Shown here: positions 1 to 11,866 of the stretch, piece after piece
Numbering within the stretch: the stretch's first letter is position 1
Layout of the letters: each line of letters starts with the position of its first letter
NCBI GenBank assembly: GCA_025558095.1
Contig: JAIVFI010000044.1
Coordinates: forward strand, 62,001 to 126,000
Length of the DNA stretch: 64,000 nucleotides
Reading direction: 5' to 3'
DNA from: Hyaloraphidium curvatum SAG 235-1
Taxonomy: Eukaryota; Fungi; Monoblepharomycota
Made by a program: the position numbers and the translations under genes
The notes under the pieces: model-generated
The model's database searches: none
Seen by the model: the letters and a program-made list of their open reading frames with translations, nothing else
What the model was told of the DNA's origin: nothing

Positions 1-157
1 CGCGGGCACCGCGCCCGAGGCCGTCGCACGCGGAGGGCGCCGGCGCCCGCAGCATCCCCTCGGCCCCCCGCGCCCCCGCCCCGCGACCCTCCCGAGAGCG
101 TCCCACCCGGCTCGCGGTCCTTCGCACCACACCGCCTATCCGCCGCCGAGCGCCGAC

Positions 158-2071
158 ATGAGCGCCCAGGCCGGGGACAGCGGCCCGGAGGAGTCGGGCT
201 CGACCCCCGAGTTCGTCAAAAAGGTGGGGATGCCGCGGACCTCGCCGCCCCGGCTGCTGCTGACTTTCTCACACCCCGCAGCTCTATGCGTGGGTTTCGA
301 ACGGCGCCCAGGGCCCCGTCGCGCCCCGGCCCGTGCTGATTTTGGTTCCCGCGTGACTCGATCCCGCAGCATGCTTGAGGACAACACCTACGCGCACTGG
401 GTGTCGTGGGGCATCGACGGCAGCTCCTTCGTGGTCAAGGATCCGACCGAGTTTGCGAGGGTGCGCCGCTCCGCGCGGCGGCGTCGTGCCTCGTGGTCTC
501 TAAAATCATCCCCTCCCAGACGGTGCTCCCCCGCCACTTCAAGCACAACAACTTTGCCTCGTTCGTGCGCCAGCTCAACAAGTACGACTTCCACAAGGTC
601 AAGACGACGGATGACCAGCGGGTGTACGGCGACCAGGTCATTTTCGGCGCAGGGTCCGCTCGGCAACACCTCTGACCGGCCTCGTTCCCGTGTTGGCAGG
701 CCTGGGAGTTCCAGCACCCCAAGTTCCAGTACAACAAGTACCACCAGCTCGAATCCATCCGGCGCAAGACGCCCGCCGCGCGCCTGGTCAAGCCCGGCAC
801 GGCCGCCGGCTCCCCCGCGCCCAACCGGGTCAAGGAGGAGCCCGGCGCGCAGGCGCCGCCGTCGGGCCTGTCGCCGGAGCAGCAGTACCAGATCGACAAC
901 GTGGTCAAGGTGCAGGCCGAGATGGCGAGTTACCTCAACGGGATGGCGAAGAACTACCAGATGCTGGTGGAGGAGGTGCTCGAGTTCCGCAAGAGCATGG
1001 TGCAGCAGGACCAGGTCATCAAAAGCCTTATCGACTACGTCGTCAACAATGCCGGTGGGTGTTGCACGCGGTTCGCGGCGGCCGTGCCCGCCCCTCACCC
1101 GCCCCACCTCTTGCAGACAAGCCCGAGGCCCAGTCTACGGCCCGCCAGCTCCTCTCGGCCTACCAGGACATCTCGCAGAAGAACCAGTCCCATGTCGCCA
1201 AGATCGGCGAGCGCATGCACGGCGCCTCGGAGATGATGGGTCCCCCGCCGGTGCCCGCCGCCCCCCCGGGCTACTTTGGCTACGACTACCCCCCCGCCGA
1301 CTTTGGCCAGCCCGGCCCGCCGCTGGGCATGCAGCAGGCGCCGCCGAACGGCGGGAGCAAGCGGCCGCCGGTGTGGATGAGGCCGCCCAAGGTGCTGCTG
1401 GTGGAGGACGACCCGATCTGCAGGAACCTGTCGGCCAAGCTGCTGCAGGTGTTCGGGTGCGTGTACGACGTGGCGAACGACGGGCAGAGGGCAGTGGACC
1501 TGTTCCAGCTCGGGAACAAGTACGACCTCATCCTGGTGGGTGCACGGCTCCTTTTGCCCCCCCACGATTCTCCTGATCCCCGCGATCCTCAGATGGACAT
1601 CGTCATGCCCAACATAGACGGCATCTCCGCCACTTCCCGCATCCGGCAGTTCGACAACAACGTGCCCATCGTCGCCATGACCGGCAACACCTCGCAGACG
1701 GACTGCATGACCTACCTCGCCCACCGGATGAACGACGTGCTCGCCAAACCGTTCGCCAAGGAGGCGCTGCTGCAGATGCTCGAGCGGTGGGCCACATTCT
1801 CCACATCCCCAGCCCGGTCGCTGACGCAACATTGAACCGCAGGTACTGCGACGGCCTCCGGTCCAAGGACCCCTCTGCGCAGCACGAGGAGCCCGCGCCG
1901 CCGCCGACCGGCTCCCCGCGGTACGATTTCCCGTACCCCCCGGCCGGTCCCGACCGGTGGCCCGCGCCGTCGCCGTACGGGAACCAGGGGTACTTCCCCG
2001 GGGGCTACCCGCAGCAGAACGGGTACGCCAAGTTCGAGGACGGGCAGGGGAAGAGGCAGCGGACGGAGTGA
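158..2071 (+). CDS. SKN7: Skn7/Prr1-type transcription factor: HSF DNA-binding domain, coiled coil and response-regulator receiver domain (8 exons)
   Basis: Spliced translation gives FVKKLYAMLED...VSW...SFVV...[25 protein letters not shown]...WEFQHPKF (HSF) and [12 protein letters not shown]...YDLILMDIVMP...PIVAMT...DVLAKPF (REC). Introns at 224-281, 290-369, 461-519, 637-699, 1055-1116, 1536-1592, 1787-1842. Confidence 0.93.
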
Positions 2072-2415
2072 TGGGATTGGGAGGGGAGGCTCGGGCTCGG
2101 TGGCCGGATGTATGTGCAGGACCGTAACGACAAGAGGCTTGTTCTTGCTCCTACGTCGTTCGTGGCGGGGCCCCGTCACTCGCGGCCCCATCCATCCACC
2201 CATTTTTCCGCATCAGCGCATCGCAAGCTTCCAGAGCGGGCCTACCGCCGTGGCGCATGGAGGCCTTTCATGCGCCCACGGCCCAGTCCGCGCTGGTTCG
2301 ACCGCAGGGTCAATGTTATAGTGAGGGACGCGTGTGGAACTGCAGTCGCTGCCCTGATGACCGCGATCGCCGAGGATGTCTCCCGGCCCGAATAGATCCA
2401 GCTGACGCTTCCGCG

Positions 2416-3914
2416 ATGGACAGCGAGCCTGCGGCCGAGACCTGGCTGGCTGCATTTCCAGCGTGGCCTTCTGCGCCGCCGAGCCTCTCCGGCGCGCCGC
2501 CGTTCCCCGACCGTGCGGCGCCGGCGGCGGAAGCGCGACCGCTCACTGCGAGGGCCATGCTGGACGGCCTCGCGCCGTCGCCGGCCCTCCGCGCCGCGAC
2601 ACGCATGCAGCTCGTGCTCGCGCCCCTGGCGGGGGCGGCCATGGCCCGGGCCGCCTTTACTTTTGTCGCGTTCGCCGCCGTGCTGGGCGCGTCGTGGGCG
2701 TTCCCGCACGGGCAGTTTCCGCAGAACAATTTCGTCATCGGCTTCGCCGTGATGCTGGTCTTCACATTTCAGGCTTTGGTGGGGCAGGGTCTCATGGCCA
2801 CGTACCGCGGGTCCCTGAGGCTCCCGACGTCGACGTCAGGTCCGGTGCTCCTGGACAAGCACCCGCTCGCCCCGCTAGTGCGGTGGGCGGAAGCGCAGCG
2901 TGCGGGCCACATGTCGGAGCACGATCCCGTCGACGAGCTGTGTCCCTGCCCGCTGCCGGGCTGCGCCGGGGGGCTCGGTTCTCGCGCCGCGCTTCTGCGC
3001 TGGCTCGAACTGGCCTTCAAGTCCGTCTTCGTGACTTCGGCCATGTTTGTGTGGATCTTCACTCCCATGGTCACGCAGGGGTACGAATTTTGGCGGACCC
3101 CGTGGTCTGCGACGCTTGGGGCGTTGAGCCGTGAGTAAGACAGCCGTACACCGCGCTTGCTTTCTGCTGAACGTCCCATCTTGCAGTCGCTGCGATTCCG
3201 ATATACAGCTTCCCCGTCACTGCCGTGCGCTTCAACGGGAACATCGCCGTGTTCGAGCTTTCGGAACGTATCTCGCACCGGATGATGCGGCTCGCTCTCT
3301 CGGACGTGCTCAGTTCTCTGCGTCACCGCTCCCTATCTGCCATGGAGCACGGGGAACTCCCGGTTCCGGTCGATAAGCCCGGTCCAGGGAATCCGGCCGA
3401 TGCGGACCTCTACGTGGAGCTTCACCGAGCCCTCTCCGCGACATGGCGCTCGCGCGTCTCGCAGACCAACTTCTCCACCGCCCTCGTCGTCTCGGCCCTC
3501 ACCGCGCTTGTCGGCAGCTGCATCGTCATGGTTTCGGGCGGATGCCTGCCCGCCATATATCCCGCCTTTTTGGCCTATTTGGCGCTTGCGCTGGTCCTCG
3601 TGGACCTGCTCAACCTGGCCGCCAGCAACGGACAGGTCAGTTCGGTGCGCGCTCTGTACCACACGGCGCGGCGGGAGCTCCGCGAGCTGCCGGACCCGCC
3701 CGACCCCGAGCTCCGCCGCGCGGCAGCCCGGCACGACGCCCGCCTGCCGGGATATCTCGACGACCCGGGCGTCAGGGGGAAGTTCCTGGGCCTGACGGTG
3801 GACTACGGAGTCGTGAGGACGGTCGTCGTGACCACGATCACTTTGATCGTCGGCATTTGGAGCATGCTGGAGGGGCTCGGAGTCAGGTTGACGATGGACT
3901 TCGCGCGCACCTGA
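2416..3914 (+). CDS. Unnamed 7-TM membrane protein, putative gustatory-receptor-like/7TMIC family, paralogue A (2 exons)
   Basis: Intron 3131-3186 (GTGAGT..TTGCAG) joins two ORFs. Seven hydrophobic segments, an LCPCPLPGC motif and C-terminal KFLGLTVDYGVVRTVVVTTITLIVGIWSML. Homologous to 50424-52388. Confidence 0.8.
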
Positions 3915-4819
3915 GCATGGCGTCGCCGGTGGGAATGTATGCTGATCATCCGACGATTGGAGCTCCGAGTGGTGGCATATGTGGTCGCTACGCGAATGGA
4001 AAGGACCGAGCAGTTCTTTCGTCAAGAACAAACTCAAAGCTGTGCTCCGAGCAGCTCACATCTGCCTCAGCGTCGCGATTTCGTCACCTCCAAATCCCTC
4101 TTCCACGCCCAAGGACTTCCAAAAGTCCACTTGTTCCGGAGAACGCGCGGTCGCGATCGGGAGCTTCTGCGCGGAGCGGCCGCGCTGGAATAGGCGACGC
4201 CCCGCAGCTGCGCGGGATGCCTGCTCGGAGAGGTCACGATTACGACGCCGGCGCAGCAAGCTTGCATTATCGCTCTTCTCGGGAACGGGGGACGGAACCC
4301 TCGCCGTTCTATCGCGGACCTCCTCGCCGACCGCGGTGCCGGTCGGGGCTACGTGCGGAGCCCGCGTCGCAAACCGGATACCCGCCGTGCGCGCAGCGGA
4401 GCCTTTTGAGCAGTTTGTGTGCGCCCCGGCCGCCCGGTCTGCCCGCGGGGCTCCTGCCCGTTGGGGATGTTTTGGCGGCGAGGCGGCAGCATTGGTGCCT
4501 TGGCTTGAGGGTCCGGGCTCCGCAGCCACCGCCCCTCGGCGGCCTTCCGGCGCCGCTGCGTGCAACCGATCCCGCCGCTGCTTTACGGCCGGCACCCGCG
4601 CACTCTCGTATGCAGCGGAGGATGCACCGCGGTGCGCGGCCGGCGGGCACGAATGCCCTGCCGACCGGTCGGCACCTCCGTGGCTGGGGCGCCGACACCG
4701 ACGTCACCTGTCCCCAATCCGGGGCCCTGCGTCCCTTGTTTTCCGCCACCGGCCTGGCAGATCCCAGACAAATGATCTCGGGCCCGAACGAACCCCCATT
4801 TCGCCGGATCGACCTTGCG

Positions 4820-7800
4820 ATGGACGCGCCGGCACCCCCGGCGAATGCGCCGGCGCGCCGCACTGCCCCCCGACGCGGGCGGCCGCGCCTCGCGGCGTCC
4901 CTCATCTGCCTCGCCGCGCTCCTCCTCCTCCTCTCCGCCCGCACCTCCGCGCAGCTCGCCGCGCACGATCGCCCCCCCGCCGTTCGCTCCTCTTCGGCAT
5001 TCGTGCGCGGCGAAACATGGTGGGCGCCGAACGTCCCGGCCGCAGCGCCGCGGCTGACTCGCCCCGCGCGCGCAGCTGCTTCGGATGCTCGTACGGCACG
5101 GGATGCTGCTGCCCCCGCGCGTCCCGCGAGGTCCGCACGAGGACGGTCACCTGGACGGCCGTGGCGACCCGCCGCATCACGCGCACCCACGTGAAGAAGG
5201 TCACGACCATCGTGACGGTGACCGCCCGGCGGTTCTGGGGCCGCAGCACGCCGGTGGTCGTGCGCGGGGCCGCCGGGAGCAGGCCGGAGCGTCCGGGGGA
5301 TGCCGGCACGAACCTGCGGAGGGATCACGGCCGCAACGCCACGGTGCCCCGCCGGCTCGAGGCCAGATCACCACCTCCCGAGCCCTATTCCCCCCTCGAT
5401 GAGCCCATCCGGGAGCCGCATCGCCTCTTTGCCCGGCACCTCTGCCCCGCGTGCCCCTCCGGGATCGTTCCGGCCGCGAACGCGGTGGGAGGCAGCCCTT
5501 GCTGCCCCCGCACGACGGTCTGGAGGACTTCGACCGCCGTGCGCAGGCGGACGACGACGGTGTACACGACCAGGACGCGGAGGGTGACGAGCACGAGCAC
5601 GTTCACGAGCGTCGCCGGCGCGGTGGGTGGCTTTACGTTCCCCGAGGTGACCTTACCTTACTTGATCCTTGATCCCTGATCCCGGACAGACAAACGCCGT
5701 GCAGGGACAGGCGAGGACACTTACCGCCTCCCGCAACCTGTATTTGGATTGACCCGCAGCCGCCCCGCAGATCTGGTACGACGACGACGACGACGGCCTC
5801 TTCGACCCCGCGCACGACCGCCCGCTCGCCGGGCAGGTGGTCTACGTCCTGGAGGTCGACGGCGCCACGGGCCACGCCGTCGCCGTGGCATCCGGGACCA
5901 CGGACGGCCAGGGACACTACGAGCTGCCGGCGCCGCAGATGCCCCCCGGGGTGGTGTGCAGGATCGCGCTCAACGACCCGGGGAACAGGCCACTGGGGAG
6001 CACCTTGGTGGGCGGCGCTCCTTTGCACCGCTGATTCGTCTGATCCGGTGCCGTCAGACCAACTCGTCGGGCAGCTTCAACTCCCTGATCCCGATCCCGC
6101 CCGCCCGCCAGCCGCCCGAGGTGATCGCGATCGCGCACCGCAACGCGTACGGCGTCCGTCTGACTCCGGAACCCCGCAGCTCGCCGTCACCGCCTTCCTC
6201 GATGGCTGCTCCGCGCGCCGCCGCTCGGGCGGCGCCGTCACCGTCGCCGGCACCGGCGCGGCCCCGCGCTGCACGGTGGTGCTCACCTCGTCGGGCGCCC
6301 GGATCGCCGAAACCGCGTCGGACGCCGGCGGCGCGTGGCGGTTCGTCGTTTCCGCGGCGGCGATCCCGGGGATGGGCGGGCGGACGCCGTTCGAGGTGCA
6401 CCAGCTGGACGGGCACGGGCTGGCTTCGGCGCCGGTCGAGGCGGGGTGGGTCCCGGACGCGTTTCCTCGCCCGTGGTGGTTTGCTGACGTCCGTTCGAAG
6501 CGTCGCGAACTGCCCCGTAAGGACCGCGACGGCAACGGCCACGAAGACACCGACCCCGCTGCCCCTGGGCTCCATCTCGGGCCGCGTGTTTGTCGACGCG
6601 ATCGGCAGGCCCGGTGTCGTCGGCGTCGCCATCAAACTCACCGGAACGGCTGCCGACGGAACCGCCGTCATCCTGGCGACGAGCACCTCGGCCGACGGGA
6701 GCTACTCCTTCGCGGACCTGCCGGCCGGGACCTACACCCTGACCGAGAGCGTGCCGGCGGGATACTCGCCTTCGCCCAACTTCCCCAATACTGTGATCAC
6801 ACCCGTCGTGCTCGCTCCCGGTGCATCGTCGACGGAGAACGACTTTGGCCTCGTGCAGCCGATCGCCTCTTCGAGCACCGCCGCGGCTCGTTCGACCTCG
6901 AAAACCAAAACCTTGACGGCAACGACGTCGATCGCGCAGAGCTCGACGGCCTCGCCCACCACCACGGGCCTTCCCCTGGGGACGATCTCGGGCCGCGTGT
7001 TCCTCGACGCCACGGGCAACCCCGGCGTCGCCGGCGTCACCATCCAGCTCGCGGGCACGGCATCGGACGGCAGCGCCATCGGCTTGTCGACCATCACCTC
7101 GGCGGACGGGGGCTATTCCTTCCCGAACCTGCCCGGCGGCACATACGCGATCACGGAGCTCGTGCCCGCGGGCTATTCGCCCTCGCCAAACTTCCCCAAC
7201 ACCGTCGTCGCGCCCGTCGTGCTCGCTCCCGGTGGATCCTCCGCCGGGAACGACTTTGGCCTGGTACAGAGCACATCTTCGAGCACCGCGGCAGCCGCTA
7301 CGTCGACTTGGCAGACCGAGAGCGCGACGGCAACGAGCTCGGAGTCGCAGAGCTGGACGGCGACGACCAGCGAATCTGCTTCGCGGACCGGTACGACCTC
7401 GGAGTCGCGGAGCTTGACCGCGAGCACCTCGGAGACGCAGAGCGAGACCGCGACGGCATCAGAAACCCAGAGCCTGGCGGCCACGAGCAGCGAGACGGCT
7501 TCGGCGACCGCGACGTCACCGGAGTCCCAGACCTTGACGGCCAGCACGTCCGAGACGCAGAGCCGGACGGCCACGACGTCGGAGTCGCAGAGCGTGACGG
7601 CCAGCTCCTCCTCGGAGACGAAGAGCGGGACTGCGACGGCATCGGAAACCCAGAGCCTGACGGCCACGAGCAGCGAGACGGCCTCGGCGACCGCGACGAC
7701 ATCGGAGTCCCAGACCTTGACGGCCAGCACGTCCGAGACGCAGAGCCGGACGGCCACGACGTCGGAGTCGCAGAGCGTGACGGCCAGCTCCTCCTCGGAG

Positions 7801-10800
7801 ACGGCGACGACCAGCGAGAGCGCCTCTGCGAGCGCCACGACTTCCGAATCCCGGAGCGCGACGGCCACGACCAGCGAGACTGCCTCGCCAACCGCGACGA
7901 CCTCGGAATCGCAGAGCTTGACGGTCACGACGCAGGCTACCTCGGTGAGAGGATCGCTTGGGAGCGCGGAAGCAGCCGCTGACGAGCTTGCAGACCCAAC
8001 CATCGACGTCGACGGCCGCCCCGACCACCTCGAGCCTGCCCTCCGGATTGATCTCGGGCCGGGTGTTCCTCGATGCCCCCGGCCAGCCCGGCGTCGCCGG
8101 GGTCACCATCCAGCTCGCGGGCACGGCATCGGACGGCAGCCCCGTGAGCTTGTCCACGACCACCGCGGCGGACGGAAGCTATTCCTTCCCAAACCTTCCG
8201 GCTGGAACCTACACCGTGACTGAAGTCGTGCCCGCGGGCTATTCTCCCTCGCCGAATTTCCCCGAAACCATCATCACCCTGATCGCGATCCCTGCGGGCG
8301 GGGCTTCAACCGCGAACGACTTTGGCTTGGTGCGGACGAGCACCTCTTCGAGCACCGCGGCGGTGGTTCCTTCGACATCAAAAACCAAGAGCCGGACGGC
8401 AACGAGCTCGGAGACGCAGAGCTTGACGGCCACGAAGTCGGAAACGCCGAGCACCAGCTCTTTGACGGCCACGAAGTCGGAGACGCCGAGCAGCAGCTCT
8501 TCGACGGCCACGGAGTCGCAGACGCCCAGCAGCAGTTCTTTGACGGTCACGAAGTCGGAAACGCCGAGCACCAGCTCGTTGACTTCCACGAAGTCGGAGA
8601 CGCCGAGCACTAGCTCTTTGACGGCCACCAAGTCGGAGACGGCCAGCAGCAGCTCTTCGACGGCCACGGAGTCGCAGACGCCCAGCAGCAGCTCTTTGAC
8701 AGCCACGAAGTCGGAAACACCGAGCACCAGCTCTTTGACTTCCACGAAGTCGCAGAGCCGCACTCCTTCGCCGACGTCGAGCAGCACCACGGCCCGCCCC
8801 ACGACGTCGAGCAGCACTCATTCGGCGACGTCGAGCACCCAGGCCGTTCCGAAGACGTCGACGAGCTCGACATCTGCAACTACCACCAAAGTTTGTCTAC
8901 CTGATGCCGCTCTCCCAAACCTCGAGTGACCAGTCTTTGCAGGTTTGCAGCACCGTCACCCCGCTTCCCAGCCCGTCCGGGGGCACCAACGCCTGGAGCG
9001 GCACGGTGACCACTCAGGCGGCGGTTTCGAGCCCCGGCGTCGATTTCCAGTCGAACACCGGCGGCGACGGATGGGATGTCGGGTTTCACGCTGATGGCCA
9101 GAGGGTGTTCAACGTGTTCCACGTCAGTATCGCGCTCCGTGCTCTGGGCTCTCGCTGAGCTGTGCGCTTCGCCTCGCAGCACGACGTTGGCATGACGGTT
9201 GATTGCCACGTAAGTGCGATGTTCTGCAATCACTTGCTCTCCTCGAACTCCTCTGTCCCTTCAGATCAAGAGCACCGGTGACCCCTGCAACGCCCATTAT
9301 CCGTGGAGCGGAACGACAGACGTGCTGACGTCGCAGCAACCCTACCTATTGTTCGACCCGTTGGACCCCAACCTGATGTACATCTGGGGCCTACTCTCCT
9401 TGCAGTCGGGAGCGTCAGCAGCAGCCGTGATCGTGGGTATCAACGTGGGCAGCACCGCTGCAACGGTACCGACCATCACGGGGCTGTACCAAATGTCTCG
9501 CGACGGCTACGGACCTTATCCCGACTTTACCTACGGAAACTACGGCCCGGTGGGAGGGGTCGTGATAGGCATGTGGCCCGTGCGTTCGCTCGGGCAAAGC
9601 CTGACGCCAGGCCACAGGAACGCAGTTCTGGGCCATCAACAACGCTCAGAACTTTGCTCTGGATCACGAAAGGAACGCGATGCTGTGCTTCGACACTTCC
9701 ACCAAGGCTGCTTGTGCTGGGCCCGCCTGGTACCCAGTAAAGTACCCCAACAACTGGATCAGCAATTGGGGTTATACGGCATGGATCTTGGAAGCGAAGG
9801 GACGGATCTACATCTACAGCCCCGGGGAAGCGTCCGGTTTTTGGAAGAATGTGATAACTTGCTTCGATCCCAACTCGGCTGGGACCGCGTACGAATGCGG
9901 CGGGAGCTGGCCGGTCACGGTTCCGTATGAGTGAGTTCGTCTCCCGTCGAGCGAGGGGCAGTCTTCTCAACGATCTCCCAGCACAACACTTGACGAAGAC
10001 ACAAGATCGGCATCGCTCTTCCAGTATCGCCCTTCTGCTTCAGGGGATGCGCAGGGAGTCTGCGTTGGCGGTGCTCAGTATGATGCCATAGCGGGACCCG
10101 CAGGCCGGATCTACTGCTGGCACTTTGATGGCACCAAAATCGGATGTGGGTTCAACCGGAGCTCGACTCGCCAGTTGTGTTGACTCATTGGTTCGGAAGA
10201 TCTGGCCGACATCCACGGCCTCCTGAGCCACACCTCGGTCAGCGGCGCGAACTTTGAAACCACGAAGTACCTTGTGCCTGCCAACGACGGGGTGGCGTGC
10301 ATCGACATGGCCACCAACGCTTCATGCACCGGGTATCCGATAACGGGCCTCACACCAGGCGGGGACATTTCGACCTATACGATCCGCGCGGAATCGCCGA
10401 CGTGTTTCTGGGCGAATAGCGACGCCGGCGACATTTGGAACTTTGACCCTGTCGCGAGAACAAAGGGCTGCGGGAGTAAGCTATACACTTACGGTGGGTT
10501 TCACTTGGGGTGCATCCTGGAGTCACACGAACTCATTGCCTGGCCCGATCTATAGACAGCTTCCACCCTGTCAACCTCGAGAAGCCCTGGTGCACGCAGA
10601 ACATCACGAGCTGGAAGTCGTGGACGCTGATCAAGGTCGGCAACAACCTGGCTTACACCAGCGCGAGCATCGTCTTCTACGACCAGAACCTGGTCCCGAT
10701 CCCGGGCCTCGCCTTCACCATAACGTCGGCGTCGCCCACCGCCAACTTTGGGAGCAACCTGCCGGGGTCGCTGATCCCCGACGGCACGCTGCGCTTCGAG

Positions 10801-10940
10801 ATCAAGTTCACCGGCCTGACGGGGTGCACCGGATGCGCGATCCAGTACTCTGTAGACTGTGCGTACCCGCGCCTTGGACACCGATTCCACCGCTGACCCT
10901 CTCGACAGTTGACTCGACCCCGCAAGTGTGCTGTGGCTGA
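4820..10940 (+). CDS. Large secreted, multi-exon adhesin-like protein: signal/anchor, Cys-rich N-terminus, SdrD-B/prealbumin-like repeats, Ser/Thr mucin repeats, Cys-rich beta-rich C-terminal domain
   Basis: Hydrophobic leader LAASLICLAALLLLLS; three copies of (S/T/L)ISGRVF(V/L)DA..PGV.GV.I.L.GTA.DG...TSADG.YSF.(D/N)LP.GTY...E.VPAGY...NDFGLV; about 15 introns hand-spliced into one frame ending DSTPQVCCG*. Confidence 0.78.
7300..7945 (+). repeat. Coding tandem repeat, about 30-nt unit (TATTSESQSL-like), with a higher-order duplication of about 183 bp
   Basis: Recurring (acg)gccacgac/gagc...tcggag(a/t)cgcagagc; the block at ~7450-7620 recurs almost identically at ~7633-7803. Confidence 0.9.
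8395..8760 (+). repeat. Coding tandem repeat, about 39-nt unit (LTATKSETPSTSS)
   Basis: Repeated ttgacggccacgaagtcgga(a/g)acgccgagca(c/g)cagctct units. Confidence 0.9.
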
Positions 10941-11024
10941 GGTGCACGTTGTTGGGCATTGGGCGAGCGCGGGATGTGCCAATAGAGCAACCACGGTTTC
11001 GCTTCCTGCTCCGCCGCGCGATCT

Positions 11025-11789
11025 TTGTTGCACCAACACCGTCGCGTTGTTCGCCAGACGGCGTGTCGTAAAGAACACGGAGCACACCGTTCGGTCCCAG
11101 ACCTTGTTTCCAACACAAGCCCTATCTATTGGAACGGACACACGGTCTCCACGGTGAAGAATATTCCCGCGCCCCTTAGCATCGCGGGGACCAACTACAG
11201 CGGATCCGACAAGCCCGCCGCCGAGCGCTTCGCGCACTGGACGGCCGGATGCGGTGGCACGATCGCGTTCCTCGAAAACGTGCTGCGCCCGCTGAACATC
11301 CCCGTGCTTGCCCTGTGGAACGACCTGGACGCATGCGCGCACTCGTCCGCCTACTTCCCCACCCTCGACATGTACCTCTCCCACGGGGACGATCCCTACA
11401 CCGCGCACACCATGGGCATCGGGGACTGGTTCGCCCCCGCCGCCGAGCTCTTCACCTCCCGGGCAGACTGGACGTCCTGGTTCAACGTCACGGTGCCGCT
11501 CTCGTGCAAGAACCTCGGCCGAAGACCGCACGAGATCGCGATCGGCACGCCCAGCGTGCCGCTGTGGTACGCGTTCTGCGTCGATCGGCTCGCGGGGGTG
11601 CAGTGGGATTCGCCCGTGGCGGCGAAGGAGGGAAGCTGGGTGGTGAAGGAGTTTGCGCCGTTCGGGTACACCGCAGGGACGCTGCAGGCCAAGGGCGTGT
11701 GGGACAGGTTGGAGGCGGTGAGGGCGGCGTTGGGAGGCTGTCCGCCGGGGTGCGCGGTCAGCCCGTGGTCGGGGTTTCCAATGTGCTGA
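11025..11789 (+). CDS. Hypothetical protein or 5'-truncated gene fragment, possibly transglutaminase-like (Cys-His-Asp)
   Basis: 254-codon open frame with host-like codon usage and HWTAGCGGTIAFLENVLRPLNIP...HSSAYFP...YLSHGDDPY; no in-frame ATG in its 5' part. Confidence 0.5.
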   Translation: MLHQHRRVVRQTACRKEHGAHRSVPDLVSNTSPIYWNGHTVSTVKNIPAPLSIAGTNYSGSDKPAAERFAHWTAGCGGTIAFLENVLRPLNIPVLALWNDLDACAHSSAYFPTLDMYLSHGDDPYTAHTMGIGDWFAPAAELFTSRADWTSWFNVTVPLSCKNLGRRPHEIAIGTPSVPLWYAFCVDRLAGVQWDSPVAAKEGSWVVKEFAPFGYTAGTLQAKGVWDRLEAVRAALGGCPPGCAVSPWSGFPMC

Positions 11790-11866
11790 CGAGACAAGGT
11801 CCGATGCACCGAGTCGAAATGATGGTACACTGCATCGTTTCCGGTGCCGCGATCCAGAACCGTCCG

